From a virus, in UHGV virus genome UHGV-0109738: a DNA stretch of 64,000 bases; one strand, written 5' to 3'. Positions 46,571 through 55,527 of the stretch are shown in pieces. The notes under the pieces were generated by a model that searched no databases, had not been told where the DNA came from, and was given only the letters and a program-made list of their open reading frames with translations. The translations under genes were made by a program, and so were the position numbers. Within the stretch, counting starts at the first letter, position 1; every line of letters starts with the position of its first letter.

Positions 46571-47335
46571 TCAGTCCGGTAAAACGCGGTTAAGCGTAGT
46601 ACGATTGATGGCCCGGTCGTTAGCCAGGAATACAGCACGGGCAAAGCCGCGCGGCGTTAGTGAGCGGATCATCTTAGTGCGTTTCGACTTTCCTCCTAAC
46701 TTCGCGTGCTGTTTGCTGTCTTCCCATTCATCCGGCATAGGTACAGGCCGGAATAGCGGCTGCTTAAATCCATTCCCGCACCAGATACAAGTTTTCTTCG
46801 TGTATGCGTCGCGGTCGGCGATGTATTCCGGGAAAGCAGGATGTTTGTCGTCTTCCGGCAGGTAGCCACCGTAAGCGCACGGATTGAAGATAAAATCCGG
46901 CTTACGCCATAACGTTGACAGTGCGCCCACCGGATTTTCCACCATCCACGGGACGTGATACATGTCAGCCAGCGTTTCTACCAGTTTTGCGTTATATGCC
47001 GCCTTCACCTGGAAGTCAGGATCTTTTTCACGCTTGCTGGCAAACCAACGAGCGTCGGACACGGCTAGATGGTCGCATGGCGGGAAGGCCAGAATAATGT
47101 CAGGATCTGGATAAACAGACAAATCAGGGGAGAACATCACCAGGAAATGGCTGTCAATCCATACGTTAACGTATTCAATATTCGGATGAATGATTTTTAC
47201 GCCTTCATAGTCGCCGTGGTTAGCGCCGTCATAGTTGAAGCAATAACACTTATAGCCAGCGTCAGCCCAATCTTTAACGGCGTACCCGCTGCCGTCGTAC
47301 AACGACCACACCACCCAATTTTTAAGCCCGCTCAT
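46571..47335 (-). CDS. putative DNA (cytosine-5)-methyltransferase-like protein
   Basis: Motifs resembling C5-MTase I (SLYDGSG), IV (FPPCDHLAVS) and VI (ENPVG); 254 aa. Confidence 0.45.
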   Translation of the reverse strand: MSGLKNWVVWSLYDGSGYAVKDWADAGYKCYCFNYDGANHGDYEGVKIIHPNIEYVNVWIDSHFLVMFSPDLSVYPDPDIILAFPPCDHLAVSDARWFASKREKDPDFQVKAAYNAKLVETLADMYHVPWMVENPVGALSTLWRKPDFIFNPCAYGGYLPEDDKHPAFPEYIADRDAYTKKTCIWCGNGFKQPLFRPVPMPDEWEDSKQHAKLGGKSKRTKMIRSLTPRGFARAVFLANDRAINRTTLNRVLPD

Positions 47336-47877
47336 TTTCTGCCCTCAAACGTAAAATAGCGGCGCATGATGATAGTGATCACCGTTACCGCTGCCATTTT
47401 TGAGATGAATTGAATAGCTGATATTTCCGGTATAAATGCCATAAACGATAGCGTGGGAAAAATTAACGCATCGCCGATAGCTGAAGCTATATTTGCAGGC
47501 CAGCGTTTCGAATCGAAATCACCAGGTAAAACACGGTAAACGCCGCCAGAAATAAGCGCACAGGAAACAACCGCAACGAATGACGCGATCGCCACCATTC
47601 CTGCATCATAGTTTATCAGCACCGTAATTGCGCCAGCGGCGGCGCATGTTGTAGCCGACCATTTCAGGCCGCCGTCATATAACAAGAAGTCACGGATCAT
47701 CATATTGACACACACTGCGGCTACCGTGGTGATCGGAATTACCCACGGGCCACAGTGGTTAACAATAAGATTGATGATCACGAAAACGGCGACATAAACG
47801 CAGGCTAATAACCTGTCAATTGTCACCCTTTTCATTTGGATCGTACCTCTTATCACGAATAGCTTCAGCTCTATCAA
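47332..47877 (-). CDS. hypothetical multi-pass membrane protein
   Basis: ORF track; several hydrophobic segments. Confidence 0.45.
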   Translation of the reverse strand: MIELKLFVIRGTIQMKRVTIDRLLACVYVAVFVIINLIVNHCGPWVIPITTVAAVCVNMMIRDFLLYDGGLKWSATTCAAAGAITVLINYDAGMVAIASFVAVVSCALISGGVYRVLPGDFDSKRWPANIASAIGDALIFPTLSFMAFIPEISAIQFISKMAAVTVITIIMRRYFTFEGRK

Positions 47878-48115
47878 ACTTCAAATCAAGTCGAGTTGAA
47901 ATGCAACCACATTGAGGGTTAAGCATAGAAGGCGGCAATCCCTTACAACTGGTTATAGCTTCATCTTTTATTAATCCACCATTCAGCGGCATATCAAAAA
48001 CAGCCTGTTTCTTTCTTTGTTCTTCCTCACGTTCCGTTAATATTTGCTCAGCTTTTAGCGCGTTATAGCTAATTAAATCAATTAGTGTGTCTGTCGGATC
48101 GCTGTTATTGCTCAA
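47816..48115 (-). CDS. hypothetical protein (99 aa)
   Basis: ORF track. Confidence 0.35.
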   Translation of the reverse strand: MSNNSDPTDTLIDLISYNALKAEQILTEREEEQRKKQAVFDMPLNGGLIKDEAITSCKGLPPSMLNPQCGCISTRLDLKFDRAEAIRDKRYDPNEKGDN

Positions 48116-48309
48116 AATAGCCTCTAAACGCGCCTCCTTGAGACAAATTAGCAGATCCCATACATCAAGCGTGGTTAAATCTGCCCCCCTTCTTAGCGTT
48201 GTAAATAGTGGCTATTTTTGGCGCTGATTTTTCCTCTTTTTTGTCGTAGCCGTTTTGCTTACCTCTTTGCTCTATGGTTTCTGATGCAAGTCTTAATAAA
48301 TCTGCTGCC

Positions 48310-48849
48310 TTAGTCATTATTTGCGCCTCTCGCGTATAGCTCTTTACGTGTTATCTGCGTGAAAATACATTCATGTCTGCACCGTGGATGCCAGATCAAG
48401 AACAAGCTCCCTTTATTGTTTCCGCTTGCTGGTTTCCCTGTCGCGGCATTTATAAAAGCCAGCCGCCCGCGCGTAATTAATCGGCATTCGTTTGCCGTCT
48501 CCACGCCGTTCATAAACCAGTTAACAGAAATGTCAGCGGGCAATAACATTACACAGCCAATGTGATTTCGTTGATGTTCAAGCGCCGCCTTATCAACGAA
48601 TGGCCCCGGATTAGAATATGGCGGATTCATCCAGACATACTCACCAGGCATCGCCACCGCTCCCCACGGATAATGGAGCGTGTCCATTTCTTCGGTTATA
48701 TATCGCGGTATTAATGCGTTTGCCTTGTTTGCCGCCACATCCGCGACGAATTCGAATTCCAGATCCATTCCTCTAAAAACAGGTTTCGGCGTCTGCCATA
48801 GGTCTTTTATTTCTTTCGGCGTGTTGCTGCCGCCGTAATCATTTTTCAT
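48310..48849 (-). CDS. phage-type DNA N6-adenine methyltransferase (Dam family)
   Basis: Catalytic NPPY motif (VWMNPPYSN); size 179 aa typical of phage Dam. Confidence 0.7.
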   Translation of the reverse strand: MKNDYGGSNTPKEIKDLWQTPKPVFRGMDLEFEFVADVAANKANALIPRYITEEMDTLHYPWGAVAMPGEYVWMNPPYSNPGPFVDKAALEHQRNHIGCVMLLPADISVNWFMNGVETANECRLITRGRLAFINAATGKPASGNNKGSLFLIWHPRCRHECIFTQITRKELYARGANND

Positions 48850-48858
48850 TACGCCCCC

Positions 48859-49110
48859 TTAGAAATAATCCTGATCAGTTCCCCATCGGTTGTTCAAATA
48901 CCCCACCAGCCAGACAAAACGCTCGATACTGATTAGCGGGGCGACCTTGCGATAATGCTTGTCTAATATCAGCCGCGTGGCTTTATCGCTGTAGCCGTTC
49001 TTTTCCACCTCCGCTTTGCAGGCCGAAAGCGCCGCGCGGGCGGCAGTTTTTACGGCGTTAAATTGCGGCTCTGACATATTGAATAAAGCCATAGGATCAC
49101 CATGTATCAT
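48859..49110 (-). CDS. hypothetical protein (83 aa)
   Basis: ORF track. Confidence 0.4.
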   Translation of the reverse strand: MIHGDPMALFNMSEPQFNAVKTAARAALSACKAEVEKNGYSDKATRLILDKHYRKVAPLISIERFVWLVGYLNNRWGTDQDYF

Positions 49111-49348
49111 CCCAATCCGGCGCGGCAGTCAAGCAAAAACCAATGAATGCGCTCACAGCCAATAAAGCGCGGGCTGCAAAAAGAATATTCCCAATGTCGT
49201 TAAATTCAGGCAGCGACCACGTAATAAACATACCCCCCAGCATAATAACACCGATAACAGTCAGGGCCGCCAGGAAAACAAAAAGCGTAGCCAAAAGCCA
49301 CGCCCCCAACCAGTTAAAAAAGCTCTTAAGCATTTTAAACGTCCTCAA
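49097..49348 (-). CDS. hypothetical membrane protein (83 aa)
   Basis: ORF track; two hydrophobic helices. Confidence 0.4.
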   Translation of the reverse strand: MRTFKMLKSFFNWLGAWLLATLFVFLAALTVIGVIMLGGMFITWSLPEFNDIGNILFAARALLAVSAFIGFCLTAAPDWDDTW

Positions 49349-49538
49349 TTACCCCGCCTTTCACGCGCTCTTTAATATCCCATACGTGAGGCTTGCATAT
49401 TTCTTGATAGTAGTGATCCGGCCTGCTGCCGAAATACCATTTGCCATCCATATAAAAATAAACGCCAGAAAAATTTCCTGGCGCTGCCTTTGTTGCTGCT
49501 TCTGGAATTTTCCATTCCATGTAATGTTTAAATTTCAT
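49335..49538 (-). CDS. hypothetical protein (67 aa)
   Basis: ORF track. Confidence 0.4.
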   Translation of the reverse strand: MKFKHYMEWKIPEAATKAAPGNFSGVYFYMDGKWYFGSRPDHYYQEICKPHVWDIKERVKGGVIEDV

Positions 49539-49722
49539 GAGTTTTTAAATAACCCCTTCTGAATGCTTTGATGTAAAGTCCTAGCCTTCTTATATGCTGA
49601 ACGCCATCAATGATGCGCACTAAATAAATTGCACCGTTTGTGTCAGATACAAAACGACAGCCAAAACCAATACCAACCAACTTCAGGTTGTCAGGTATTC
49701 TATAATCAGTTTTCTGTTCCAT
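49528..49722 (-). CDS. hypothetical protein (64 aa)
   Basis: ORF track. Confidence 0.35.
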   Translation of the reverse strand: MEQKTDYRIPDNLKLVGIGFGCRFVSDTNGAIYLVRIIDGVQHIRRLGLYIKAFRRGYLKTHEI

Positions 49723-49820
49723 GCCTCACCTCATATGGTATTCAATAAGCCACCTGATAAACAGACATAAGGCAATAAAACCCCAGCAACAGCACATATA
49801 AAACAATGTGTCGTCCATAA

Positions 49821-50096
49821 TTAAGCCTCAATAACACCGTAATCAAACGTGCCTAAATACCGTTCGATACTTACAACCTCAATACCATCAATACACCGTT
49901 TCCACACAGACACCTGGCTTTCATTTTCTCTGAAGTGCATATTAGAAAGCACTTCATCGGCTGGATAGTCTTTCCCGGCGACGTAGGCATCGTGACCTAC
50001 GCCACCTTCTACGCAATAAAGCATCAATTCGCGTTCCATTTTTGCTTCCTCCGCACCGTAAACCTTTTGATTTCGGCTTACAAAACGGATATGCAA
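49821..50096 (-). CDS. hypothetical protein (91 aa)
   Basis: ORF track. Confidence 0.4.
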   Translation of the reverse strand: MHIRFVSRNQKVYGAEEAKMERELMLYCVEGGVGHDAYVAGKDYPADEVLSNMHFRENESQVSVWKRCIDGIEVVSIERYLGTFDYGVIEA

Positions 50097-50138
50097 TTAC
50101 AATACAAAATGTATATTTATGTGATCGGAATTACTCGG

Positions 50139-50759
50139 TTAATGCAGTACACGTTTTCCCTGTTCAGGCGTCGGCTGTGCGTTTTTCCGTGCGTCATTAA
50201 GCACAGCGATAGCCGCCTGTACGCCGAAATCATTTGCACGCATATCATTGCCAACCATTTCACCGTAAAACAATGGCATGAGCGATTTTACTTCTTCCTC
50301 TTTGTGGCCTTCCTCAATGTATTTCTGCAACATCTTAACCTCAAAGATATTTTTCATCAGGCCGCGCATAGAATGCAGTGAAACACTACAAAGCTGATCC
50401 TTGTTCAACGGGAAAATAACAGCACTTCCGAACGCGAGCGGATCAACCTCTTCCGGCACTGGTACGCGTCCGAATTCTTCCTCCATGCGCTTCACAAAAG
50501 TAAGAGAGAATACATAACGCGCTACCGATGTTTTTTCTTCCATACTTAAAGACACGTAATCGCGGATTGACGCCCCCATCACAATATCAACAACCTGTAG
50601 CGCCAGATTCAAATCAGCGTCATACGCGCCAGCTTCCATATCTTTCAATACTTCGTGATAATCTTTAATTTCCACTTCGTGAAAGTTTGCATCATCTGTA
50701 TAGCGAGTGATCAACATACCTTCATTACCGAGAGAGTAAGCTGTTTTGATGTCGTTCAT
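50139..50759 (-). CDS. hypothetical protein (206 aa)
   Basis: ORF track. Confidence 0.5.
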   Translation of the reverse strand: MNDIKTAYSLGNEGMLITRYTDDANFHEVEIKDYHEVLKDMEAGAYDADLNLALQVVDIVMGASIRDYVSLSMEEKTSVARYVFSLTFVKRMEEEFGRVPVPEEVDPLAFGSAVIFPLNKDQLCSVSLHSMRGLMKNIFEVKMLQKYIEEGHKEEEVKSLMPLFYGEMVGNDMRANDFGVQAAIAVLNDARKNAQPTPEQGKRVLH

Positions 50760-50772
50760 GATATTTATCCTT

Positions 50773-51105
50773 TTATAGTGGGTGATGCCATTTCATTTCT
50801 GTTTCTGAATTAAACGGGTTTCCTTCGCTTGAAAGGAATAAATCACGCTCCCGTTTCAGTTCTTCCGGGCTTATTTCTATTTCATCAATCTGACCGAACG
50901 ATCCCGGCATCATTCGTTTTAAATCAGATAGCGGACGCATAAGGCCGCAGCCGCGTAACAGCATATCGACCGCGAATTGTCTACGTCCGGCGGCGTCATT
51001 AAAGCGCCGTGCCCAGGGCACAACCACGATCCTGCGTTCGAATTCGATAAATAGTGATAGCTTGTTTGTTTCGCTATCATATGCTTTATGGAATTTAATT
51101 TTCAT
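50773..51105 (-). CDS. hypothetical protein (110 aa)
   Basis: ORF track. Confidence 0.45.
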   Translation of the reverse strand: MKIKFHKAYDSETNKLSLFIEFERRIVVVPWARRFNDAAGRRQFAVDMLLRGCGLMRPLSDLKRMMPGSFGQIDEIEISPEELKRERDLFLSSEGNPFNSETEMKWHHPL

Positions 51106-51286
51106 TTAACACCTCGACGTATTGCTCAAGATGCCATGTACCAACTTCATCCATGTTTTCGTCGTATATAATGACCTCTCCGCCTTGCCTGAATCTGAAA
51201 GCAGTAGCTGTAAATTCACGGCCCCACCACGCCTTTAATCGCTCCCCACCTTTCATGTGTTTAACCTTTACTTCTTTTATGGCCAT
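51095..51286 (-). CDS. hypothetical protein (63 aa)
   Basis: ORF track. Confidence 0.4.
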   Translation of the reverse strand: MAIKEVKVKHMKGGERLKAWWGREFTATAFRFRQGGEVIIYDENMDEVGTWHLEQYVEVLNEN

Positions 51287-51549
51287 ACGCCGAACATCCC
51301 ATTCAGTCCGGCGAACAATTTCCGCCAGTGGTTTTCAACATAAGCCCGGAACGGCTTAACGCGAACATTGCGGGCCTTCAGTTCAATCTTGTCGAAGAAA
51401 CGCGGCTCTATAATTGTTCCGTCCAGATATTTAACCAGGATCGGGCGCTCAAGATCGTTATATGTCTTGTTCAGCACAACCAGACCAGGGTCACTACGAT
51501 ATTCAGACAAAACAACAAGATCGCCCTCTTTTACATTCCAAGTAACCAT
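51277..51549 (-). CDS. hypothetical protein (90 aa)
   Basis: ORF track; ATG start adjacent to upstream micro-ORF stop. Confidence 0.4.
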   Translation of the reverse strand: MVTWNVKEGDLVVLSEYRSDPGLVVLNKTYNDLERPILVKYLDGTIIEPRFFDKIELKARNVRVKPFRAYVENHWRKLFAGLNGMFGVWP

Positions 51550-51668
51550 CACATCACCACCTTACCAATAAAAGCCAATACCGCAGCAAGTGCTCCGCAA
51601 AATACAATCGTAAACAGGAAACAAATAACGCAAAACGCGACCGTCACAATATCCTTACCGACTTTCAT
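51549..51668 (-). CDS. micro-ORF, hydrophobic peptide (39 aa) MKVGKDIVTVAFCVICFLFTIVFCGALAAVLAFIGKVVM
   Basis: Manual translation; ends with ATG-TGA overlapping next start. Confidence 0.35.
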   Translation of the reverse strand: MKVGKDIVTVAFCVICFLFTIVFCGALAAVLAFIGKVVM

Positions 51669-51676
51669 GATTGGCC

Positions 51677-51790
51677 TCACATGTTAGTGATGAGTTTAAT
51701 GATCGATACCGTGATATAAAGCGATACGCTGAGATACAGCACGGCGATAGATAAAGCCGCAAGCAATGCGGCAATTTTTGCAAGGTTCAT
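51677..51790 (-). CDS. micro-ORF, hydrophobic peptide (37 aa) MNLAKIAALLAALSIAVLYLSVSLYITVSIIKLITNM
   Basis: Manual translation; GGAGGG SD; ATGA overlap with upstream gene. Confidence 0.35.
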   Translation of the reverse strand: MNLAKIAALLAALSIAVLYLSVSLYITVSIIKLITNM

Positions 51791-52011
51791 TTGCCACCCT
51801 CCGCAATGAACTTATTAAGCCATTTGTTATTAGCCAGCCGTTCGGTATCTTCGCCGAATGATTTACGGTCGCTTAATTCCTGGCGAGTAAGCTGAGGACA
51901 TTTATCGTGCCACCCCGCAGACGTTTCGAACTCATACAGGCCGCCGTCAAAATAAATAAGCTCATCACGACCGTCAGGAATTTCCTTGTCTACTTCTTTT
52001 TCTTTAATCAT
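51787..52011 (-). CDS. hypothetical protein (74 aa)
   Basis: ORF track. Confidence 0.4.
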   Translation of the reverse strand: MIKEKEVDKEIPDGRDELIYFDGGLYEFETSAGWHDKCPQLTRQELSDRKSFGEDTERLANNKWLNKFIAEGGK

Positions 52012-52023
52012 GATAACACCTCA

Positions 52024-52302
52024 TTAATCGTTAATGACCTGGCCCATACGCCCGCGATATTTGCGCATACGTGGATCGACATATTCAGGCCAATGCATAT
52101 CCGGTTTTCTTTGCAGTGGGTAAAAACTTGCCTGCCAGTTGTCGAACCATATTTGCTTTGCGTACAGGTCACTAAATCTTTTCGCCATCCGATCCGCTGC
52201 CGTGCCGCATAAAAAAAGCCCGCGATCGATTTGATCACGGGCTTCTCTTAAAACTTTCTCTTTTGTTCGCGGCGGCGGTGGTGCTTTTAAATAATTACCC
52301 AT
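52024..52302 (-). CDS. hypothetical protein (92 aa)
   Basis: ORF track. Confidence 0.4.
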   Translation of the reverse strand: MGNYLKAPPPPRTKEKVLREARDQIDRGLFLCGTAADRMAKRFSDLYAKQIWFDNWQASFYPLQRKPDMHWPEYVDPRMRKYRGRMGQVIND

Positions 52303-52317
52303 CGCTAACCTATTGAA

Positions 52318-52734
52318 TCAGAATGGAATATCATCGTCGAAGTCCATCGGCGGCGGATTATTCCCGTTATTATTTTGAGGCGGTGGCGCTTTCTGCTGCT
52401 GGCCTTGCTGCTGGCCTTGTTGGTTAACGTTCATGAATTCAAATTCGTTAACCGCCACTTCTACCGCAGTTCCCTTCGTGCCGTCGTTCCGGTCATATTG
52501 CCGAACATCAAGGCGACCGCTTACCACTATTTTCCCACCCTTGCGGATATGTGGCGCTAATTTTTCCGCACGCTCACCAAATACCAGACAAGTGATCCAC
52601 ATTACCCGCTTATTATCGCCGTAGCCATTCGTTACAGCTAACGGAAAACTACCAATCGCTTTCCCGCTCGGCGTGTAGCGAACCTCCATATCATTACCTA
52701 TATTCCCGCCCGCCGTGATTGAATTTAAACTCAT
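52318..52734 (-). CDS. ssb: single-stranded DNA-binding protein
   Basis: OB-fold N-terminus, Gln/Gly/Pro-rich linker and acidic tip DFDDDIPF. Confidence 0.9.
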   Translation of the reverse strand: MSLNSITAGGNIGNDMEVRYTPSGKAIGSFPLAVTNGYGDNKRVMWITCLVFGERAEKLAPHIRKGGKIVVSGRLDVRQYDRNDGTKGTAVEVAVNEFEFMNVNQQGQQQGQQQKAPPPQNNNGNNPPPMDFDDDIPF

Positions 52735-53375
52735 TAACCCATCTCCCCGTTAAGCTCCGCTTTGCGGATACCATATACGTCTTGCGCTTTCTGCCTTTGC
52801 TCTGAATTTTCAGGCAATAACTTCCAGCATTTACCGAATATTTCCCTTAGTGTTTTTTCGTCCGGCGCTTTCGCTGCTGCATCACAGAAACGTGCTAACA
52901 CTTCATCAGGATTTGGCGGCGCTTTCTTCTGCTGCTGTTGTTGTTTTGGTGGGTTTTTCTGTTGTCGCGGCTGCTGGCCTGTCTGCTTCGCGTAATCATC
53001 AGTATCAGGATCGCGAGCATCATCTATGCAGAATAAACCGTTCAAAGCATATTTCCGCGCGTAACTTGATGTTGCTCCTGTTAGCTGGCTGGCGTCCATA
53101 CCCTTCTTGCTTTCTTCCTCCCTGGCATAAGCAGTTACCGCTATTACGTCTTCACCGTCGCTTAGCGTCGCCGTGGCTTTCACATAATAGCGATTGCCGA
53201 TCAGGACAATTTCATCACTAACAGTCAGCGTGATATTTTGAAGCAGTGGTTTAACCGCCTCTAAAATATCCTCCGCCGACCTGTAATTATACCCGCCAAA
53301 ATTATTACGCTGATTTTTCGGCGCGTTCAGCGTTTGCTGAATCGTCCATAGCTTTTTATGTAACTCTGTTTTCAC
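52734..53375 (-). CDS. erf: Erf-family single-strand annealing recombinase
   Basis: Aligns with P22 Erf (LNAPKNQ..YRS.EDILE.VKPLL; DEIVLIG.RYYVKATAT; KKGMDA.Q.TGATSSYARKY.LNGLF.IDDA). Confidence 0.9.
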   Translation of the reverse strand: MKTELHKKLWTIQQTLNAPKNQRNNFGGYNYRSAEDILEAVKPLLQNITLTVSDEIVLIGNRYYVKATATLSDGEDVIAVTAYAREEESKKGMDASQLTGATSSYARKYALNGLFCIDDARDPDTDDYAKQTGQQPRQQKNPPKQQQQQKKAPPNPDEVLARFCDAAAKAPDEKTLREIFGKCWKLLPENSEQRQKAQDVYGIRKAELNGEMG

Positions 53376-53524
53376 CCTTTAATCTCCTTCGCTGTTAACA
53401 CTATGTATAAGGCTTTATTCGCGGCGCTCCACATTTCGGCATCATGAAGCATTTCCGCTACCGCCAGTTTGAATTGAAGCGCCAGAATAACCATAATGTT
53501 ACCCCCGAATGTTTACATTTTGTA

Positions 53525-53779
53525 TTAATGGTAGCGGACTTTATCCAGGGGTTTTTCCCCTAAATGGCGTGGTTGCGTTGCGTGGTAGTAGTTGCCGCTT
53601 TCATTTTCCGTATACCATTTCACTGATCCTTTGCGACGTTCTTTAATGCTATTTGGTTTGCATCTTTCCTCGTTTGCAAATCGAATAGCTTTATCCACAT
53701 TGTCTGTTTTATTGATTGCAGGTGATGATTTTCTTTCGTTTTCTCTTTTTATCCTTCTGCGTTCTCTGGCATTCATTTT
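53525..53779 (-). CDS. N-like transcription antiterminator (arginine-rich motif)
   Basis: N-terminal ARM MNARERRRIKRENERK; first gene leftward of cI, downstream of nutL-like element. Confidence 0.55.
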   Translation of the reverse strand, partial: KMNARERRRIKRENERKSSPAINKTDNVDKAIRFANEERCKPNSIKERRKGSVKWYTENESGNYYHATQPRHLGEKPLDKVRYH

Positions 53780-53859
53780 GCTATCACATTTGCCATATAT
53801 AATTGTAACGCTCATAATCTGATCTCCGTATATCCTTGATGAAAATTAATAAAAATCAT

Positions 53860-53897
53860 CTTCGTTAATTGCCGCACTTCCAGCGGCTGACCAGATT
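53860..53897 (-). promoter_or_regulatory. nutL-like element (boxA CGCTCATTAAC plus boxB hairpin GCCGC-TGGAAGT-GCGGC)
   Basis: Minus-strand boxA-like sequence 10 nt upstream of a 5-bp-stem hairpin with GA-rich loop, about 80 nt upstream of N start. Confidence 0.45.
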
Positions 53898-54314
53898 GTT
53901 AATGAGCGGCTTAACATCTTTCAACTAATCCCGCAATCATCGCCGTTCCCGGCGTGACCTTGCTCACTCCAAGCAAGCTGACTCGTCGCCTTGCGTGCGG
54001 TTTCGTGGGGGATGTAACGCTTTAAACACCCCATGCGCCTTGTTATCAGTGCCGCTTTCGGTCCCCCATCGGGGAGTTACTCCACGGTTGACAAGGTGTT
54101 AAGCCTGATTTTTAAAGTGCCAGGAAGTTGCTTTTGTTACCTGCGACCTTCCTTTGACTCGCAATATACGCCCCGTAAAACATCGAGTCAATCCATTTTG
54201 TATACTTTTTTAAAATATTTTATATGCTATTGATATTTAAACAATAAATAACGTTTTCTGTTTACGTTTTGGCGTTTTTAAGGCAAAGAAAAGCCGCCAT
54301 CCGGCGGCTAATGT

Positions 54315-54962
54315 TTATGGCAGGTTTACGATCTTCGCATCAACCACCACGCCTATAATTTTCGATTCTGGATTCATAGGGATTGGCGGATACAGCGGAT
54401 TGAGCGAACGTAAAAGCCTTTGACCTCCATCAATAATCAACTGTTTAAACGTCGGTATCTGCCCTTCCTCAAGCTGGGCTATAACCAGTTTGCCGTCAAT
54501 AGCTGGCGCGTGCGGGTCCACAAGTATCATCGTCCCCGCCGGGATGCTCAACCCCTGCGGCGCGTTCATTGATTCACCTTTGGCAACCAGCCAGTAACTG
54601 TCATCTGAACAAATAACGCTAGTCGTAACGTGTCGTAATGCTGAACGCCTTGCGTCATCCATATTGTTTACTGTGTCCTTCCAGTCAATAACCGGGTAAC
54701 TACCTAAATCACGCGGCGGCACGGCCTGAAGTGTATTAGAAACAGAATCATCAATGACCATGCCATCATGTGTAACAGTAAACTGCCGACGACCAAGCTC
54801 GCGCATAATCCGCGCAATATCTTCAAGATTTGGCTCTCGGCGACCGTTCAGCCAGTGTGACAGGCCGCCTTTAGTTATCCCCATACGATCCGCGAGTGAA
54901 TCCTGGCTCATGCCCTGCGCCCGCATGAGCTGCTTTGCTAAGTCATACCATTTTGTTTTCAT
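54315..54962 (-). CDS. CI-type prophage repressor (HTH plus S24 LexA-like peptidase domain)
   Basis: N-terminal HTH (MSQDSLADRMGITKGGLSHWLNGRR); C-terminal S24 motifs (AKGESM..; K in QLIID). Confidence 0.85.
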   Translation of the reverse strand: MKTKWYDLAKQLMRAQGMSQDSLADRMGITKGGLSHWLNGRREPNLEDIARIMRELGRRQFTVTHDGMVIDDSVSNTLQAVPPRDLGSYPVIDWKDTVNNMDDARRSALRHVTTSVICSDDSYWLVAKGESMNAPQGLSIPAGTMILVDPHAPAIDGKLVIAQLEEGQIPTFKQLIIDGGQRLLRSLNPLYPPIPMNPESKIIGVVVDAKIVNLP

Positions 54963-55266
54963 GTCGCTACCCTATAACCTCAAAAAGTTTGATGCAAGTC
55001 ACAAAACGTGTATTTTAAGCCTTGATCTTAAAATTCCATTTTGTAAACTTGCAGACAAGGTAAGGCCATACTTGCAAAGACGCAAGGAAAAAGATACGGA
55101 AGGCACAAAAAGGCACTTACCTTATGCTCTTTAAAAATCCGGTGTCGCTGCGAAGCGAAAAACAAATATCACGCAACGGCGGGATCTGTTGAGCGGTCAG
55201 TCACTGCTATCTAATGCTAATGGGATGCCCGCCCGCGCGTTCACTCTAACCATAGGAGAAAATGCG

Positions 55267-55524
55267 ATGAGTATAAACATGATTAGTAAAGCATGGAACG
55301 TAAAACTTAATAGCCCGATTCAAAAACTTGTCTTAATGGCTCTGGCTGAAAAGGCAGATAACAAAGGACGGGTACATGATGCATCACGCAAAGAAGTAGC
55401 CGCAATGTGTGAACTTCCTGTTCATACGGTACATGATGCCTTCGCCGCGTTAATGGATAAAGGATTTGTTTGTCGTCTTGATGCATTCAGTGATGTCTAT
55501 GTAGTGATGTTGCCGGAGGGATGA
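55267..55524 (+). CDS. putative early regulator / winged-helix protein (Cro- or CII-position)
   Basis: 86 aa from ATG with AGGAG SD; first rightward gene after the cI-divergent region. Confidence 0.4.
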   Translation: MSINMISKAWNVKLNSPIQKLVLMALAEKADNKGRVHDASRKEVAAMCELPVHTVHDAFAALMDKGFVCRLDAFSDVYVVMLPEG

Positions 55525-55527
55525 TCT

